A stretch of DNA of 64,000 nt from an uncultured Candidatus Bathyarchaeia archaeon (GCA_964491605.1 CAZBGY010000003.1:24678-88677), one strand, 5' to 3'. Shown: positions 11,284 to 22,236, counted from the first letter of the stretch. The notes: generated from the letters alone by a model not told the origin. Translations and numbers: made by a program.

Positions 11284-11718
11284 ATGGTCTTCCTATCGCT
11301 CTGCGGTATAATCGAGGCTAACGTAGGTTACACATTCCGATTTATAGGTATACCGGAAGTATGCCGTGAATGCGGCTATCGAAATATATGCTTCGGGAAG
11401 CTTAAGCCTGGTAGACTCTATAGCGTGGTGGCAGTGAGAGGTAAGAGGTTTCCATGCAAGCTCCACGGTGAAGCGGTACTAGTTGAATTGGAGGAGGCAT
11501 CGATAGAAGCTGCGATAACCTCTAAGCAGGCTGTAAAGGATGCTATAATAGTGTTTAGATCGGAGGTATGCTGCGATAGGTCATGTCCAGCTTTCGATCT
11601 ATGCTATGCAGAGGGGTTAGAAGATAACGCTAGATATAAGGTGATAGAAGTTTACGATGAGAAGATTCCGTGTAGATACTACGGGTTTAAAGTTAAGGCT
11701 ATATTAAAGCCCATCTAG
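11284..11718 (+). CDS. UPF0179-family Cys-rich protein
   Basis: About 144 aa; N-terminal pattern LxG...G.xFxxxGxxExCxxCxxxxxC matches archaeal UPF0179 proteins. Confidence 0.45.
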   Translation: MVFLSLCGIIEANVGYTFRFIGIPEVCRECGYRNICFGKLKPGRLYSVVAVRGKRFPCKLHGEAVLVELEEASIEAAITSKQAVKDAIIVFRSEVCCDRSCPAFDLCYAEGLEDNARYKVIEVYDEKIPCRYYGFKVKAILKPI

Positions 11719-12422
11719 CCTGAAGATTCAGACGCTCTTCTCTCAGCTTTATACCTCTCTACAAACACGATCTCATCTATACTATCGATATACCTAGCTA
11801 CATCCGTAGCGAAGCCTCTCTTAGCTAGCTGAACCCCCTCGGCGAGCTGTAGGTCGCTCGGAAGCTCTATCTCAACCCTCCGATCGGTTATCCTAATTAC
11901 AGTCTTACCCATATCTATCCCTGGAAATCTACGTCGTAGTAGAGCTTCGATCTTCTCCTCGATACTCTCCAAAGTCTTCCTTAGAATCATCTTGTATACC
12001 AGAGTCTTACCTGCAAGAGGATGATTGAAGTCCACTTGAACCCTCCCAGCTCCTACAGTTCTCACTATACCTACACGCCCATCAACTTCAACTCTATCCC
12101 CAACTTTAGGTCTAGAATCTTTAGGAAATCTTCTCAGCGGAATCATACGAATCTTAGATGGATCTCTAGGGCCGACCCCCTTCTCCGGTGGAACCTCTAT
12201 AACTACTGGTTCACCGAGTTTAAGATTCGTTAAAGCTTCTTCGACACCTTTAACGACCCAGCCTTCACCGACGATTATTAACTTAGGCTCGTAAACCTCC
12301 CCAGCTCTATATATGCCTAGCTGCTTTGCATCCTCCTCCATCGTCGTCTCAACAGGTTCACCAGTCTCCTTAACAGTGACGGTATAGTCGAGTAGTATGA
12401 ATGAACCTTTCCCGATAGACAT
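11715..12422 (-). CDS. FKBP-type peptidyl-prolyl cis-trans isomerase (long archaeal type)
   Basis: FKBP core with insert flap (DYTVTV...GEGWVVKGVEEAL), and a C-terminal domain typical of archaeal 26-kDa FKBPs. Confidence 0.75.
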   Translation of the reverse strand: MSIGKGSFILLDYTVTVKETGEPVETTMEEDAKQLGIYRAGEVYEPKLIIVGEGWVVKGVEEALTNLKLGEPVVIEVPPEKGVGPRDPSKIRMIPLRRFPKDSRPKVGDRVEVDGRVGIVRTVGAGRVQVDFNHPLAGKTLVYKMILRKTLESIEEKIEALLRRRFPGIDMGKTVIRITDRRVEIELPSDLQLAEGVQLAKRGFATDVARYIDSIDEIVFVERYKAERRASESSG

Positions 12423-12499
12423 AGCAACCCTCCTATCAACGAGTAGGAAGGGGATCTATCATAACCCTATAAACTTTACCGTTACTGGATGAAGCGATA

Positions 12500-14242
12500 T
12501 CATCCACCTATCCTTCTGAATAGAGATGAAAGTATGGATGCGGACATTTTAGGCTGCCTATCTCTAGTGAAGACACCCTTCCTATTTAGTATAGTCCTCC
12601 CAGGATTTTGCGGTGCTCGGAAATCTGCGAAAACCCATACGTGTAGGCCTACGATGTAATCCTTTGTGGATAAGACCTCTATATACTTCTTAATAAGTTC
12701 GGCTTGATATTCCTCAGACCACATCTGCGGTGGATCGCTATGCAACCCTATGATAGCATCTGCTCCGAACTCCGTTATGATTATCGGTTTACCCCGATAT
12801 CTTCTGTGAATATCCTCCAGCTCTAGTAGCATGCTATCGATCCCCTTATCTATATCGCCCCAATGCGAGTACCATCCACGATAGAAGTTTAAGGAGATAA
12901 CATCTACGTAATCTAAAGCTAGATCCATAATCGTTTTATGGGATGCGAAGGTTAAAGGTCTAGATGGATCTACCTCTTTAAAATACGCGGATAATTTACC
13001 TATGAAATTAGCGACCTCAGGTATATCGCTCGGAGGCTCGTTCATAATACTATACATTATCACAGATGGCCTATTCTTATGTTCGTTAATCATTTCCAGG
13101 ATTACCTTCTTAGCCTTAGCTAGATACTCATCGCTACTAAATAGCTTCGCTATACCATCCCTACCGAGTATACGATCTATACCTGAATAGCATAGTGGAG
13201 GTTCTAGTATAACTAGGAAGCCGTATTCATCAGCCATATCTAGATGATCGGAGGAATACGGATAATGCGATGTCCTGAATGAGTTAGCTCCGATCTTCTT
13301 CATGAGGTAGAAGTCTCTCACAAGAACTGGACCTGGTAAATTCTTACCGAAAACAGGGAAATCTTCATGCCTACCAAAGCCTTTAAGGAATACTGGATGA
13401 TCGTTGATGTATATCCGGCCATCCTTAACCCTAATACTCCTAAAACCTATACGCTCGTATATAGAATCCTCTACGATACCATCAGAATATAACTCTACGA
13501 TTAGATTGTAGAGGTTAGGCTCCTCGGGGCTCCAAGGCTTAACATCGCTGAATATCCTTTCATAAACGAATCTACCGGCTTCCACCCCGCTTACCATCTC
13601 CTCATGTATAATCATGGATAGATCCTTACCGCCCAACGATATTTTCAGATCGATGGGCTTATCCGAAACTATAGTGATCGAAGCTTTCAAGTATCCGCTA
13701 CCATCGGTATATACGGTTATATCGTCGATGTAACGTCTACCGGTGAATTCAAGGTATACAGGTCTATGTATACCTCCATAATTGAAGAAATCGAACGCGG
13801 ATACATTGAGATTTAAAGCTGGGGGGAGATTCTCTATCGAAGGTGAATTATCAACCTTAACTATAAGCTTATTAAACCCGCCTATATTCAGCTTATCCAA
13901 CCTATACTTAAACCTGGTGAACGATCCTTCATGTTCTCCGATTAGAAACCCGTTGAGCCAGGCTTTAACCTTATAACCTGCACCTTCGAAGATAATCCAC
14001 GGTATCCTACCCTCAAACTCTTTCCCTACATAAAAATCCTTCTGGTACCATGCTACACCGCTGAATTGATCCCAATCAGGATTCTGCTCATTCCAAGATG
14101 AAGGGACGTATACCAGATCATGGGAGTTGAATCCGTTAAACCATCCATCTCTCTCACCTACAAGATCCTTATCAATCCTAAACTTCCAAAATCCATCGAG
14201 GGATATCTTAGATCTGAACCAGGATTTCACTTCCAAATACAC
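12500..14242 (-). CDS. Glycoside hydrolase family 2 (beta-glucuronidase/beta-galactosidase-like)
   Basis: 580 aa; sugar-binding N-domain; catalytic acid/base in MNEP and nucleophile in ITEFGAD motifs. Confidence 0.7.
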   Translation of the reverse strand: MYLEVKSWFRSKISLDGFWKFRIDKDLVGERDGWFNGFNSHDLVYVPSSWNEQNPDWDQFSGVAWYQKDFYVGKEFEGRIPWIIFEGAGYKVKAWLNGFLIGEHEGSFTRFKYRLDKLNIGGFNKLIVKVDNSPSIENLPPALNLNVSAFDFFNYGGIHRPVYLEFTGRRYIDDITVYTDGSGYLKASITIVSDKPIDLKISLGGKDLSMIIHEEMVSGVEAGRFVYERIFSDVKPWSPEEPNLYNLIVELYSDGIVEDSIYERIGFRSIRVKDGRIYINDHPVFLKGFGRHEDFPVFGKNLPGPVLVRDFYLMKKIGANSFRTSHYPYSSDHLDMADEYGFLVILEPPLCYSGIDRILGRDGIAKLFSSDEYLAKAKKVILEMINEHKNRPSVIMYSIMNEPPSDIPEVANFIGKLSAYFKEVDPSRPLTFASHKTIMDLALDYVDVISLNFYRGWYSHWGDIDKGIDSMLLELEDIHRRYRGKPIIITEFGADAIIGLHSDPPQMWSEEYQAELIKKYIEVLSTKDYIVGLHVWVFADFRAPQNPGRTILNRKGVFTRDRQPKMSASILSSLFRRIGG

Positions 14243-14334
14243 CTAAACCATCTTAGCAGGCATCTTCCATTTTAAACCTTACGTCTACATGGAATGTTAA
14301 CTGCATGAAATTAGGAAGCTCTACGAACGATAAA

Positions 14335-14616
14335 CTACCATATAATATCGAAGGATTTATACTCTCCTTTATAGGGCTCCCAGAAGATCTCTACCTTAGA
14401 TACTATAGCTCCTGGAGGACCCCTCTTACACCATTCAACCATCATCTTAACTTTATCCTCCTCACCTTCGATAACGGCTTCAACCCTACCGTCATATAGA
14501 TTCCTAATCCAACCTTTAACTCCAAGTCTTAAAGCCTCCCTCCTAGCGTTAGCTCTGAAGAAAACTCCTTGAACCCTACCAGATATGAAGACGTGAGCTC
14601 TAACATATCTAGCCAT
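14335..14616 (-). CDS. acyP: Acylphosphatase
   Basis: 93 aa; V.G.VQGVFFR...G..GWVRN..DG.VE signature. Confidence 0.85.
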   Translation of the reverse strand: MARYVRAHVFISGRVQGVFFRANARREALRLGVKGWIRNLYDGRVEAVIEGEEDKVKMMVEWCKRGPPGAIVSKVEIFWEPYKGEYKSFDIIW

Positions 14617-15418
14617 AGCCTACACCGCCCTCGATTAGATCTCTTACTCTATCCTTAAGGTTTTTCAAGGCCTCAGCAGCTATAGAGTTCGGTGCATAAT
14701 CTAGCAGCGGTACTCCAAGCCTCTCAGCTTCTACGACCGATCTATCAAATGGTATAGCAGCTATAATCGGTGATTCGAGGGAATACTCTATACTCTCGAT
14801 ATCTACATCCTCGGTAACCTTATTCACGATATAGCTTACCTTTTTCAACCCTAGATCTAAAGCAAGTTTAGCTATCCTTCTACAAGTATCTATGGATTGA
14901 GATGTAGGCTCAGCTACCGATAGTAGTAGGTCTACAGCTTCCACAGTACCACGTCCTAAAGGTTCGAGGCCTGCTTCAAGATCCACTACTACAGCTTCAT
15001 CTCTAGATAGCAGTATATAGGATAGTAGGGCTCTTAGTAGGGCGTTAGCTGGGCACATACACCCTGACCCACCATACCTTATAGTCCCAAGTCTAACAAG
15101 TATAACATCGTCCATACCCTTCACACCGTAACGTTCGATTATATCATCGACTCTAGGTGTTAGTAGGAGGAAGCCTGAACCGATATTAGTCCTCTCATCT
15201 ATAAGCTTGGAATCTTCGAGTATTGGTTTAACGACTTCAACCCTTCCGCTATCTATCCCAAGCTGTCGATGGAGATTCATAGCTGGATCAGCATCTATAG
15301 CTAAGACCTTATAGCCATCCCTAGATAAGAGTCTAGCTAGGGATCCGGCAATCAGAGTTTTACCTACGCCACCCTTCCCGGCTACGGCTATCTTAAACCC
15401 TCTGATACCGTTAACCCC
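14609..15418 (-). CDS. CooC/MinD-family P-loop ATPase (Ni-insertion accessory-like, CxC motif)
   Basis: The ORF track begins at M14-609..15280. The same frame upstream, to 15418, encodes the Walker A region (FKIAVAGKGGVGKT...LAIDADPA) with no in-frame ATG/GTG/TTG. A GSGCMCPANALLRALL motif follows downstream. The gene overlaps acyP by 8 nt. Confidence 0.6.
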   Translation of the reverse strand, partial: GVNGIRGFKIAVAGKGGVGKTLIAGSLARLLSRDGYKVLAIDADPAMNLHRQLGIDSGRVEVVKPILEDSKLIDERTNIGSGFLLLTPRVDDIIERYGVKGMDDVILVRLGTIRYGGSGCMCPANALLRALLSYILLSRDEAVVVDLEAGLEPLGRGTVEAVDLLLSVAEPTSQSIDTCRRIAKLALDLGLKKVSYIVNKVTEDVDIESIEYSLESPIIAAIPFDRSVVEAERLGVPLLDYAPNSIAAEALKNLKDRVRDLIEGGVGYG

Positions 15419-15495
15419 CTATACATACTCCAAACTTAGTCCTCGATAAAAGATTAGATTTTATTATAGCTCGATAACCTTTATCAGGAGAGGAT

Positions 15496-16344
15496 ATGCG
15501 TGGTAGCATGGTCGTAGTAGGTTTAGGAGAAGTAGGTGGGGCTCTATATAGGGTTATAGGTGGATCACGCATAGGATTCAAGCTTTACGGATACGATATG
15601 GATCCATCTAAAAGCGTGGACAGGCTTGACGATATACCTACGCCTATAGATTATCTGCATATAGCCTTCCCATATACTGGAAGCTCACCGTTTATAGAGG
15701 CCGTATCCACCTATGTCAAGCGATTCAAACCTAAACTTACGATAGTGCATTCGACCGTTGCACCTGGGACTACGAGGATCCTACAAGATAGGCTAGATAC
15801 GCTTATAGCATACTCGCCGGTTAGGGGTATACACCCGCATCTAGAGAGGCATCTTAGATTCTGGGTTAAATGGATTTCAGCCGTTAAACCTGAAGCTTTA
15901 GATGAGGGCAAAAGACATCTCGAGGATCTAGGCTTCAGGGTTAAGTGTATCGATAAACCAGAGACGCTGGAGCTAGCTAAACTATTCGAAACCATATACC
16001 GGGCAGCTTTAATAGCTACATGGCAGGAGATGCATAGGATAGCGGTAAAGCTTAACGGCGATATAATGGGTATAACCGAGTTCATCGCGGAAGTCCATGA
16101 AGTCTTAGGGGATAGACCAATCTACTATCCAGACGTTATAAGGGGTCACTGCCTAATACCTAATACGAAGATACTCTTAGAACAGGTGGATTCACCGCTA
16201 CTCAGATTCATACTGGAGTCTAACAATCTCAGAGAAGTTGAGCTTAAAGATCCTAGGATAGCTGAAGAAACATATTTGGTGAAGAGTATATGGAGTAGAT
16301 TCAGGAAGGCATGGTACTACGAAGGAGATGCCGCAGGGAGGTAG
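15496..16344 (+). CDS. UDP-glucose/GDP-mannose dehydrogenase family protein (NAD-binding and central domains only)
   Basis: N-terminal GLGEVGG Rossmann; STVAPGTT and AYSPVR motifs; central helix motif AKLFETIYRAALIATWQEM. At 282 aa it lacks the usual C-terminal UDP-binding domain. Confidence 0.4.
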   Translation: MRGSMVVVGLGEVGGALYRVIGGSRIGFKLYGYDMDPSKSVDRLDDIPTPIDYLHIAFPYTGSSPFIEAVSTYVKRFKPKLTIVHSTVAPGTTRILQDRLDTLIAYSPVRGIHPHLERHLRFWVKWISAVKPEALDEGKRHLEDLGFRVKCIDKPETLELAKLFETIYRAALIATWQEMHRIAVKLNGDIMGITEFIAEVHEVLGDRPIYYPDVIRGHCLIPNTKILLEQVDSPLLRFILESNNLREVELKDPRIAEETYLVKSIWSRFRKAWYYEGDAAGR

Positions 16345-16368
16345 AATGAAGCTAGAAGGTGCTATGGG

Positions 16369-17898
16369 ATGGAGGGAGATAGCAGTAGGCCTAGTATTAG
16401 GCTTAGGTATGCAGGCTTACTACTCTTCATATCTAGAATCTATAGTCTACTCATAGGTCTATTATTCACGGTGATAGCTACTAGGAGACTTACAGTCGAT
16501 GAATTCGGTTTATGGAGCTATATATCGACTATATCTGGGTATTGGATGCTTCCACTCAGCTTCATAGGATACTGGATCGTAAGATTCACAGCTAGAGGTG
16601 AACGTACCGGAGCTACAGCAGTATTCGTAAGCTCGATCATATCGTTGATCACTCCGCTGCTATTCCTCCTATCCTCCCGTATGATTTTCGAATCGATCGA
16701 TGTAGACTACCTAGTATTAATCCTAGTATCGGTGGAGTTAGCTATCATAGGTATATCATCATCGTTCGATTGGATAGCTCAAGGGTTAAAACCTGAGATA
16801 CTAGCTTTCGCTTCGATAGTTTTCGAGACGGCTAAGCTTCTATCGGTATCCATACTAGTAGCTATGATGAGACTGGGATTAGTCGGTATCGTACTAACCG
16901 TATCTATAGGCTATGCGGCTAGGGCTATGATGACGTATGGAGCTGTTAAACGGTTTATATCAGGATCATCTATGGATACCAAACTTATTAAACGCATCTT
17001 TAGGGGTATATGGCTACCTATCTATGGATCGATACCTTCGATTATCTCGTCGATGGACGCTATACTTTTAGTGCATATGACTGGGGCGACCGATAGTCTA
17101 GCATTCATATCAGCTATAAGGACTGTAGGCTCACCTATAGGATTAAGCTTAGTTATATCGACAGCTCTATACCCCAAACTTCTAGCTGAAGGTCGACTGG
17201 AAGATGCTGAGGAAGCTGCTAAGCTGATATACATGCTATCTATACCATCGTCTATAGGCATCGTACTACTGGCACCATACCTACTCTCGATACTTAGATC
17301 AGATTATACCATAGTATTCATACCCCTATCAGTATACGCTATACTTCAGCTGATCTCTATAGCTTCTAGTTTAGCTATGACGATAGCTTCAGGCTTGGAG
17401 AGAGTCGATCTAGATGAAGATGCAAACTTCAGAGATTATGCCAGAAGCAAGTTATTTAAGGTTGCTAATATGAGTACGGTGTCGTCGCTAATATATGTGG
17501 GAGTCCTAGCATGCCTACTATACCTCCAGAAAGATTCATGGTTATCTAAGATGCAGCCATCGATCTCTATAGCTTTTGCGTGGATAGTATCGGTTACTGC
17601 ATCGACGATATTCTCGTTGATATATGCGTATAGGATGCTTCTCGGAGGCTTAGAACGTGTGAGGATTCCGTGGACTTCGATAGCTAGATATATGTTAGCA
17701 TCGATCGCTATGGCTATACCAGTATACATGCTTAGACCTAAAGTTGTCTATGTGGAGGTATTACCGCTTCTAAGGAGTATAGCTCCACCGATACTCTCAG
17801 GTGCATCCGTATACTTCGCTGCACTATACCTGTTAGATCCATGGTTTAGGAGACTATTATCAAGGCTTATATTCATGGTAACTAGGAGGTTCTCCTAA
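16369..17898 (+). CDS. Polysaccharide biosynthesis/oligosaccharide flippase (Wzx/MOP superfamily)
   Basis: 509 aa with about 14 TM segments; N-terminal region typical of the PST family. Confidence 0.6.
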   Translation: MEGDSSRPSIRLRYAGLLLFISRIYSLLIGLLFTVIATRRLTVDEFGLWSYISTISGYWMLPLSFIGYWIVRFTARGERTGATAVFVSSIISLITPLLFLLSSRMIFESIDVDYLVLILVSVELAIIGISSSFDWIAQGLKPEILAFASIVFETAKLLSVSILVAMMRLGLVGIVLTVSIGYAARAMMTYGAVKRFISGSSMDTKLIKRIFRGIWLPIYGSIPSIISSMDAILLVHMTGATDSLAFISAIRTVGSPIGLSLVISTALYPKLLAEGRLEDAEEAAKLIYMLSIPSSIGIVLLAPYLLSILRSDYTIVFIPLSVYAILQLISIASSLAMTIASGLERVDLDEDANFRDYARSKLFKVANMSTVSSLIYVGVLACLLYLQKDSWLSKMQPSISIAFAWIVSVTASTIFSLIYAYRMLLGGLERVRIPWTSIARYMLASIAMAIPVYMLRPKVVYVEVLPLLRSIAPPILSGASVYFAALYLLDPWFRRLLSRLIFMVTRRFS

Positions 17899-18209
17899 GA
17901 TCAACTTCGTTATGGATGTATATGGATAGGGTTCTGAGTAGCCTAGTCTTCAGTGGGTGTACATAGCTCTGAGGATTTATAGGTAAGCGTCAGACGGTTG
18001 ATCCATCTTCATATATCTGCTAAGGCTGAACTCATCATCCGCAAAGATAAATCTACCATTTCTCGATGGCTATAAGCTTATCGAGGTTATCTTCTCACGC
18101 TTCATCTATCTCTTATAGCTTCATACATCCATAAGCTATACACTTAAGAGTCGGACGATACGACGAACATTTAAGCTTTTACGAATCTTAAAAGTTAGTT
18201 GGTGGAAGT

Positions 18210-19460
18210 ATGTCTAAGGTTAGAGATTTAGGGCTGGCTTCAGAGGGGAGGCTTAAAGTCGAATGGGCTGAAGTACATATGCCTGTCCTTATGAAGATAA
18301 GAGAAGCCTTCCTAGAAGAGAAACCTCTAAAAGGGGTTACGGTAGGAGCTTGCCTCCATGTAACTAAGGAGACGGCTGTACTTGTTAAAACACTTATAGC
18401 CGGAGGAGCTAAGGTAGCTCTATGCTCATCCAACCCGCTTAGCTGTCAGGATGATGTAGCCGCAGCTTTAGCGTTAGATGGGATACACGTGTATGCATGG
18501 AGAGGACAGAGTAAGGATGAATATTACAAGTCGATAGATGATGTGTTAAGCTACAATCCCGATATACTACTCGATGATGGTGCGGATCTGATAGTTACGA
18601 TGCATAGGAGACATCCTGAACTCTTAGAAACCTGTATAGGTGGATGCGAGGAAACTACTACCGGTGTGTATAGGCTTAGAGCGATGGAGGTAAGGGGGGA
18701 GCTTAAGATACCTGTTATAGCGGTTAATAATGCTGAGACTAAATGGGATTTCGATAATGTCTACGGTACTGGTCAGAGCACATTGGATGGTGTGATGAGA
18801 GCTACCAATATCCTGTTAGCTGGTAAGAAAGTTGTCGTAGCTGGATATGGACATTGCGGTAGAGGTATAGCCTGGAGGGCTAGGGGTATGGGTGCTCATG
18901 TGATAGTAACAGAGGTCGATCCAGTTAAAGCATTGAAGGCTGTTATGGATGGGTTCCATGTTATGCCTATGAGCGAGGCGGCTCCTATAGGCGATATATT
19001 CATAACGGCTACGGGGAATAGGGATGTAGTAAGGGCTGAGCATATGGAGGCCATGAAGGATGGGGCTATACTATGTAACGCGGGGCATTTCGATGTAGAG
19101 ATTTCGGTTGGAGATTTGGAGAGGATATCTGTATCTAAGCGTAGGGTTAAACCCTATGTGGATGAGTATAGACTTAGGGATGGCAGGAGGCTATACCTAC
19201 TAGCTGAGGGGAGGCTTGTAAACCTTGTAGCGGCTGAGGGGCATCCGAGCGAGGTTATGGATATGTCATTCTCGAATCAAGCTTTATGCGTAAAGTATCT
19301 AATCGAGAATAGGGGTAAGCTTAAACCTAGCGTATACGATGTACCTTCGGAGATAGATAGAGCTGTAGCGAAACTTAAACTAGAGACTTTAGGTGTAAGG
19401 ATAGATAGCCTTACGGATGAGCAGATAGCGTATTTATCGAGCTTCGAGTATGGTACATAG
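18210..19460 (+). CDS. ahcY: S-adenosyl-L-homocysteine hydrolase
   Basis: 416 aa; NAD-binding GYGHCGRG motif; strong overall AhcY pattern ([17 protein letters not shown]). Confidence 0.9.
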   Translation: MSKVRDLGLASEGRLKVEWAEVHMPVLMKIREAFLEEKPLKGVTVGACLHVTKETAVLVKTLIAGGAKVALCSSNPLSCQDDVAAALALDGIHVYAWRGQSKDEYYKSIDDVLSYNPDILLDDGADLIVTMHRRHPELLETCIGGCEETTTGVYRLRAMEVRGELKIPVIAVNNAETKWDFDNVYGTGQSTLDGVMRATNILLAGKKVVVAGYGHCGRGIAWRARGMGAHVIVTEVDPVKALKAVMDGFHVMPMSEAAPIGDIFITATGNRDVVRAEHMEAMKDGAILCNAGHFDVEISVGDLERISVSKRRVKPYVDEYRLRDGRRLYLLAEGRLVNLVAAEGHPSEVMDMSFSNQALCVKYLIENRGKLKPSVYDVPSEIDRAVAKLKLETLGVRIDSLTDEQIAYLSSFEYGT

Positions 19461-19462
19461 CT

Positions 19463-20452
19463 ATGAAGCTATCAGATGTAGGTGAGAGGAAGCTTATAGA
19501 GATTATATCATCCATCCTGAAGCAGGATCCGGATGAGATCTTAGGCTTAGGCATAGACGATGCTGCAGCTAAACCTGTGTATAGGGATCTATGCATAGTT
19601 ATGCATACGGATGTATTTGTCGAATCGACAGATAAGCTTCCAAATCAAAGCTATAGAAATCTAGCTTGGAAGGCTGTAACCGCTAATGTATCTGATATAG
19701 CGGCTAAAGGTGCTAAGCCATACGCGATACTCTCAGCTATAGGAATACCTGAAACGTACGATCTAGATATTTTCGAGGAATTGATAATAGGGTTAAATGA
19801 TGCTTCATCTGAATATGGATGCTACGTAGTCGGAGGAGATTTAACCTCGTCTAGGGAACTATTCGTAGCTATAACAATCCTAGGGTTAGCCCATAGGGAT
19901 AGGATTATAGGTAGGAGGGGGGCTAAACCCGGAGACATAGTATGTCTTACAGGTGAGATCGGCTATACAGCGTTAGCATATAAGATACTATTCGATGGAT
20001 GGTATGTAAACGGAGATATTAAATATAAAGTCCTCGAGAGGGTCTACAAGCCTAAAGCACGGTTAGATGAAGGGTTAACCTTAGCATCGACTGGAGCCAT
20101 ATCTAGCTGCATGGATGTAAGCGATGGGTTAGCTGTATCCTTGAATACGCTTGCGGAAATCAATCGTGTATCGATCATAATCGATGATATACCTGTACCG
20201 ATGGAAGTTTCATCGATAATCGAGGGGTATGGTATGGATCCTAAATATACTGTGCTATATGAGGGGGGAGAGGAATACGAGCTTCTATTCACAGTTAAAC
20301 CTAGCGAGTTGAAACTAGTCGAGGAGGCGTTATCTAGGCTTGGATCAAGATTTAGCATTATAGGACGCGTAGCAGAGGGGCGCGGTGTTTACCTATCCTC
20401 TGGAGTAAGGATTGAAGCTAGAGGATGGCAGCACTTCTTTCGATGGAGGTAG
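19463..20452 (+). CDS. thiL: Thiamine-monophosphate kinase-like (AIR synthase-related family)
   Basis: N-terminal GERKLIEII...GDDAA pattern and PurM-like C-domain; 329 aa. Could be another PurM-superfamily member. Confidence 0.5.
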   Translation: MKLSDVGERKLIEIISSILKQDPDEILGLGIDDAAAKPVYRDLCIVMHTDVFVESTDKLPNQSYRNLAWKAVTANVSDIAAKGAKPYAILSAIGIPETYDLDIFEELIIGLNDASSEYGCYVVGGDLTSSRELFVAITILGLAHRDRIIGRRGAKPGDIVCLTGEIGYTALAYKILFDGWYVNGDIKYKVLERVYKPKARLDEGLTLASTGAISSCMDVSDGLAVSLNTLAEINRVSIIIDDIPVPMEVSSIIEGYGMDPKYTVLYEGGEEYELLFTVKPSELKLVEEALSRLGSRFSIIGRVAEGRGVYLSSGVRIEARGWQHFFRWR

Positions 20453-20461
20453 TATCCAGGT

Positions 20462-20875
20462 CTATTTTCTAGGAACTCTTACTTCTAATACATTCCTATA
20501 ACATGTTATCGAAGCTCTACTAGGATCTACGGGTACGGGTATATCTATACGTATATGGTATTTCTTGAACCTACCGCTCCTATGAGTAACTCTCAGAGAA
20601 CTGAAATCTAACGTACGTTGAAGATTAGCTTCTATCTCTACGGTATTTTCATCTACGAACCTTACACGAGCACTCTCACTATCGGCGCAAGGTATATCGA
20701 CCGTTATCACAACCTCTCTAGGTTCTACGTAGACGTTAGCTAACGGCTCTATAGCTTCTGATGATGGATGCCAGAGGTTCCTCTCCTCCACCTCTGCTAG
20801 ATAATCCTCTATGATCCCCTCCAACCTACTCATGTACTCTTCGATTATATCCGTTAACCTCCTACGCTTACTCAT
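20462..20875 (-). CDS. Hsp20/alpha-crystallin family small heat-shock protein
   Basis: Alpha-crystallin-domain pattern (VVITVDIPCADSES...RFVDENTVEIEA...GRFKKYHIRIDIP...NVLEVRVPRK). Confidence 0.55.
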   Translation of the reverse strand: MSKRRRLTDIIEEYMSRLEGIIEDYLAEVEERNLWHPSSEAIEPLANVYVEPREVVITVDIPCADSESARVRFVDENTVEIEANLQRTLDFSSLRVTHRSGRFKKYHIRIDIPVPVDPSRASITCYRNVLEVRVPRK

Positions 20876-20887
20876 GCGCTACACCCC

Positions 20888-21646
20888 CTATACGTGGAGC
20901 GGAGGTATATCATACTCTTGAGCTTTCCTCATCCTAGCAAGCTCAGCTTCAGTCCTCTTCATTAGATCCCTAGCAGCTAGCCTTATCTCCTCACCCTTCT
21001 CCCTAAGCTCGGCTAGATCTATCTCCAACCCGACAAGCCTACCGAGCTCCTCTAAGACCGAAGCCGCGGCATCTGGATCCGGATAGTTGAAGAAGCTTTG
21101 AGCTAGAAGCCCCACAGCTGTTAACCCGTATAACGGTGCAAGCCTCATCATCGATGCATACGGCCCGACTAAGTAGCCTCTATCAAGTATCTCCATACCC
21201 ATAGCTTTAAGATCCTCTAAAACCTCTCTATTCGAAGCTGTAACATAGACTTTAGGCTTATCAAGCTTATACCTCTCCTCAACAGGTATACCGCCTAGGG
21301 TTACTAGGAGTTTAGCTTTCTTCCTAGAAACCCATTCGACTACAGCTCTACATATCTTAGGTACGGCTGAAGCTGGGATAGCGATCTCTGATACGAGCGC
21401 AACTAGCCTCCCGGAACGTAGTATCCTAAATGGGGGTTTAGGTACACCTCCATGGAGGACTACAACCGGTGGTAGTAGATCCGATTCTATGAAGCCAACC
21501 TCCTCCATATCGGTCTTAGAAGCTAGATGGAATACAGCTATCAAACCCACTAAACCTACATCAGGTAGCCCCGCGATTACTATAGGTTCCTCACCTATCT
21601 CCTTAACCTCTACTATAGAAACCTCTCCGTCGGACATACTAGCCAC
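20888..21646 (-). CDS. PAC2-family (proteasome assembly chaperone-like) protein
   Basis: About 250 aa with GLPDVGLVG near the N-terminus, typical of archaeal COG1938/PAC2 proteins. Weak call. Confidence 0.4.
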   Translation of the reverse strand: MASMSDGEVSIVEVKEIGEEPIVIAGLPDVGLVGLIAVFHLASKTDMEEVGFIESDLLPPVVVLHGGVPKPPFRILRSGRLVALVSEIAIPASAVPKICRAVVEWVSRKKAKLLVTLGGIPVEERYKLDKPKVYVTASNREVLEDLKAMGMEILDRGYLVGPYASMMRLAPLYGLTAVGLLAQSFFNYPDPDAAASVLEELGRLVGLEIDLAELREKGEEIRLAARDLMKRTEAELARMRKAQEYDIPPLHV

Positions 21647-21742
21647 AATAAATTTTTGCGATATAGCCTTATATCAACGTTACACACTCATACCATATAG
21701 CGAATAGTATTTATAGATCGAATTCACCTATCCAAGCTGATA

Positions 21743-22225
21743 TTGAAGATTAAGATTATAGCTCTAGGAAGTATAGCATCCTCAGATGATGCTCTAGCTT
21801 TGAAGGTTATAGATAAGCTTAGATCGGTAAACCTACCATCAGGAGTAGAGTTGATAGAAGCTGATAGAAACCCCTACAGACTCTTAAGCGAGATAGAAGG
21901 ATGCGATAAACTCATAGTGATCGATGCTATAAGAGCCGGAGCACCACCTGGAACAATACATAAACTCGGATTAGACTCCATAGAGCCATCCAGATCGATA
22001 ACACTCCACAAGATGGATACAGCTACACTGATAAAGCTAGCGCTAATCCTATCATCAGAAAAGCCTAAGGATATAGTAATCATAGGTTTAGAACTGTACA
22101 CGGTAGATCCAGGAGAAAATCTATCACCCAGGATCGAGGGAGGAATAGATAAACTGGTAGAAGAAGTTTTAAGGGAGATAAATCGAGGGAAACGCTTAAA
22201 CCCAAGCCCCATATCTACAACATAG
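21743..22225 (+). CDS. Hydrogenase maturation protease (HycI/HyaD family)
   Basis: 160 aa; motif pattern ALGS...DDALALKV...DKLIVIDA...GAPPGT. Confidence 0.6.
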   Translation: MKIKIIALGSIASSDDALALKVIDKLRSVNLPSGVELIEADRNPYRLLSEIEGCDKLIVIDAIRAGAPPGTIHKLGLDSIEPSRSITLHKMDTATLIKLALILSSEKPKDIVIIGLELYTVDPGENLSPRIEGGIDKLVEEVLREINRGKRLNPSPISTT

Positions 22226-22236
22226 AACTAGAGGTA

